Shown here: piece by piece, positions 63,102 to 64,000 of the stretch | Position numbering within the stretch: position 1 is the first letter of the stretch | Layout: each line of letters starts with the position of its first letter | Origin: Mobula hypostoma | Taxonomy: Eukaryota | Length of the DNA: 64,000 nucleotides | Reading direction: 5' to 3' | NCBI RefSeq assembly: GCF_963921235.1 | Contig: NC_086108.1 | Span: 62,250,001 to 62,314,000, forward strand | Translations under genes and position numbers: made by a program | The notes under the pieces: model-generated | Told to the model about the DNA's origin: nothing | Database searches by the model: none | What the model saw: only the letters and a program-made list of their open reading frames with translations

Positions 63102-64000
63102 TACTTCATTGATCCTGAGGGAAATTGGGTTTCGTTACAGTTGCACCAACCAAAAAATAGAGTATAAATATAGCAATATAAACCATAAATAATTAAATAA
63201 CAATATGTAAGTTATGCTAGATGGAAATAAGTCCAGGACCAGCCTAATGGCTCAGGGTGTCTGACCCTCCAAGGGAGGAGTTGTAAAGTTTGATGGCCAC
63301 AGGCAAAAATGACTTTCTATGACGCTCAGTGTTGCATCTCAGTGAAATGAGTCTCTGGCTGAATGTATTCCTGTGCCCAACCAGTACATTATGTAGCGGA
63401 TGGGAGACATTGTCCAAGATGGCATGCGACTTGGACAGCATCCTCTTTTCAAACACCACTGTCAGAGAGTCCAGTTCCATCCCCACAACATCACTGGCCT
63501 TATGAATGAGTTTGTTGATTCTGTTGGTGTCTGCTACCCTCAGCCTGCTGCCCCAGCACACAACAACAAACATGACAGCACTGGCCACCACCGACTCGTA
63601 GAACATGGTCTGATGTTAAAGGACCTCAGTCTCCTCAGGAAATAGAGATGCTCTGACCCTTCTTATAGACAGCCTCAGTGTTCTTTGACCAGTCCAGTTT
63701 ATTCTCAATTTGTATCCCCAGGTATTTGTAATCCTCCACCATGTCCACACTGACCCCCTGGATGGAAACAGGGGTCACCGGTGCCTTAGCCCTCCTCAGG
63801 TCCACCACCAGCTCCTTAGTCTTTTTCACATTAAGCTGCAGCTAATTCTGCTCACACCATGTGACAAAGTTTCCTACCGTAGCCCTGTACTCAGCCTCAT
63901 CTCCCTTGCTGATGCATCTAACTATGGCAGAGTCATCAGAAAACTTCAGAAGTTGGCAAGACTCTGCGCGGTAGTTGAAATCTGAGGTGTAAATGATGAA
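63065..64000 (-). mobile_element. Rex1/Babar-type LINE 3' part running off the window, with a tetranucleotide tail
   Basis: KFSDDSAIV, KTKELVVDLRR...YKYLGIQIENKLDWSKNT, MFYESVVASAVMFVVVCWG...RKSFLPVAIKLYN; (TAGA)n(CAGA)n at about 63068-63100. Confidence 0.88.

Noticed and set aside
23000..64000. Exons of the usual JUN neighbours (FGGY upstream, MYSM1 downstream)
   Set aside because: I recognised no matching peptide in the window. Very short exons could have been missed; tblastn would settle it.

Overview
Eukaryotic (vertebrate) genomic DNA. The repeat landscape points to a cartilaginous fish, probably a batoid (inference). The only intact protein-coding gene is an intronless c-jun (JUN) on the minus strand (20823-21779). 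Its promoter resembles the mammalian one (jun1 TGACATCA, jun2 TTACCTCA, CCAAT), its 3' UTR is conserved, and it sits in an apparently transposon-free island of about 6.5 kb. That island also holds a candidate divergent CpG-rich promoter and a candidate downstream SRF/CRE enhancer. The rest is intergenic DNA full of decayed Rex1/Babar and CR1 LINEs, SINEs, Tc1 and Harbinger derivatives and one solo LTR. The most striking structure is a set of four independent palindromic insertions of a Penelope-like element 3' end. Each has an exactly 14-bp target-site duplication and one long and one short arm end, and they carry minimal hammerhead ribozyme motifs (complete in two insertions, cut at the fold-back point in the other two). 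Most repeat boundaries are approximate. Family assignments come from recognised motifs, not from database searches.
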